Source: Pristiophorus japonicus (Eukaryota). From it: a stretch of DNA of 64,000 nt. Shown one piece after another: positions 62,428-64,000 of the stretch. The stretch spans positions 15,810,001 through 15,874,000 of the forward strand of contig NC_091995.1 of the NCBI RefSeq assembly GCF_044704955.1, read 5' to 3'. A program made the position numbers and the translations under genes. Below the pieces are notes generated by a model. It was not told where the DNA came from. It did not search any database and worked only from the letters and a program-made list of their open reading frames with translations. Numbering within the stretch: the first letter of the stretch is position 1; each line of letters begins with the position of its first letter.

Positions 62428-62888
62428 CAAAAAATAAAGACTGCATTTATGTAGCGCCATTTCACAACCACCCGACGTCACAAAGCACTTTACAGCCAAT
62501 TAAGTACTTTTGGAGTGTAGTCACTGTTGTAATGTGGGGAAGGCTGCAGCGAATTTGCGCACAGCATGCTCCCACAAACAGCAATATGATAATGAGCGGA
62601 TTATCTGCTTTGTTTTGTTGATTGAAGGATAAATATTTTCTCGGACGCAGGGGATAACTTTCCAGCTCATCTTCGAAATAGTGCCATGGTATCTTTTACG
62701 TCCACCTGAGAAGGCAGACGGGCCGGTTTAACTTCTCAACCGAAATACGGCACCTCCGACAGTGTAGCACTCATTCGGCACTGCACTGGAATGTCAGCCT
62801 GCATTTTGTGCTCAAGCCCCTGGGATTTGATCCTATAACCTTCTGACTCAGAGGCGAGTGTGCTGTCCATTGAGCAACAGCTGATACA
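62428..62888 (-). mobile_element. Deu-like SINE
   Basis: It is collinear with 31046-31496. Confidence 0.85.
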
Positions 62889-63076
62889 CCGATGAGTCTA
62901 ATGAGTTAGGACAAGCCCATCTCTTTCCTTCAACGAATGAAGGACTATATCTGTTAAATAATAAACCCCCCTGATGTATAGCTTATATTGCATATCGACA
63001 ACTGCACTACAAGAATCAAAATGTTTGATAATTGGAATAGTGCCGACGTTTACTCTGATCATTTTTGTTCACCAAG

Positions 63077-63108
63077 AGAAACTATATGAGTTGCTTACAT
63101 TACGTTAG
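63077..63108 (+). CDS. Tentative terminal cytoplasmic exon ((E)KLYELLTLR*)
   Basis: A branch-like CTGAT, a short pyrimidine tract and an AAG acceptor give a phase-1 read-through to TAG. AATAAA occurs at 63477. The acceptor is weak. Confidence 0.4.
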
Positions 63109-63544
63109 GAAAAAATGGTATAGTTTTGCAAAGTTTAGAGCGTGGTTTGTTGACAAAATATTGAAAGATTCATATTTTAATTAGTGTAGAGGCAATTAAA
63201 GGAAAGACGGAATATGCGTTAAAGGTAATAGCATTACAGTGTGCTCACCACGAGAGACTGCCATCGGTGGCGCCAGGGACGGAATGAGCCCGAGATTTAA
63301 CTCACACCCACACCCTTATTTTCTTATTGGCGGCCCATTCTGTTTAGCATACATTTGCCAGGTCGTCATAGTACAGTCGAAGGGTTGGTGGCATTGGCAC
63401 TAGTGAAACGCATTGGGGAAAGCTAAAGGAGCAGGACGGCCGTCTATCTGCGTTACCTTGCCAAGCAAGAAGCTCGAATAAAAAAAAACAACAGCTTCAA
63501 TTTATAAAGCGTCTTTAACATAGTAAAACGTCCAAATGTGCTTC

Positions 63545-63951
63545 ATTTTTTTAATAGCTCATGGGATGTGGGCGTATCATTTATTGTTCGTCCCTATTTT
63601 GCCCTTGAGAATTGCCCTCTGAAATAGTTTGCTCGGTCATTTAATTGCTAGTTAAGTGTCAACCACATTGCTGTTGGTCTGGAGTCATATTTCGGCCACT
63701 CTGGGTAAGGACAGCAGATTTTCTTCTCTAAAGGACATTTGTGAATCAGATGGGTTTTTATGACAATCCAGTAGTTTCATGTTCACCATTACTGAAACCA
63801 GCATTGTAATCCCGATGTATTTAATTTACATTTACATTGAATTTACATTTCCCAGCTGCTTGTTGTGGTATTTTACCTCATATCTCCGACATCATTAGTC
63901 CAGGTCTCTGGATTACTAGTCCAATAACATAACTACTACGCCACCGTTCCC
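63545..63951 (-). mobile_element. tRNA-derived SINE (second family)
   Basis: The minus strand begins GGAACGGTGGCGTAGTAG (A-box-like), and the body is shared with 54700-55818. Confidence 0.78.
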
Positions 63952-64000
63952 ACTCATGGACGCGTTATCAGACACAATTTGATTCCGAGCCACTTAAGGA

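Noticed and set aside
62383-62621. Read-through of the TM ORF as the cytoplasmic tail
   Set aside because: It passes a good donor site and runs into an antisense SINE. Intron retention cannot be excluded, but nothing supports it.

Overview
Repeat-rich eukaryotic DNA, most likely from a cartilaginous fish (shark); this is inferred from the repeat families and is not proven. Bases 1-18,003 are a G-rich 53-55 bp tandem satellite with higher-order structure, including a near-identical 7,563-bp tandem duplication. Bases 18,004-49,500 are a mosaic of decayed mobile elements: CR1, L2, RTE and Penelope-like retroelements, tRNA-derived SINEs, solo LTRs, MITEs and a fossil PIF/Harbinger transposase. 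The only host gene I can support is a + strand NKp30/NCR3-like single V-domain immune receptor, which I assembled by hand from phase-1 exons: leader 49895-49937, V domain 55847-56200, 33-nt stalk micro-exon 61639-61671, transmembrane exon 62245-62382 and a tentative tail 63077-63108 (about 199 aa). It is atypical in having three extra Cys in the V domain, no basic residue in the TM core and a possible YxxL tail. The strongest candidate for an undescribed system is three 3'-end fragments of an L1/Tx1-like LINE inserted at the same site in two separate solo LTRs of one family, which suggests a LINE that targets an LTR retrotransposon. There is a 296-N assembly gap at 50219-50514. All calls were made by eye, and repeat boundaries are approximate unless TSDs are given.
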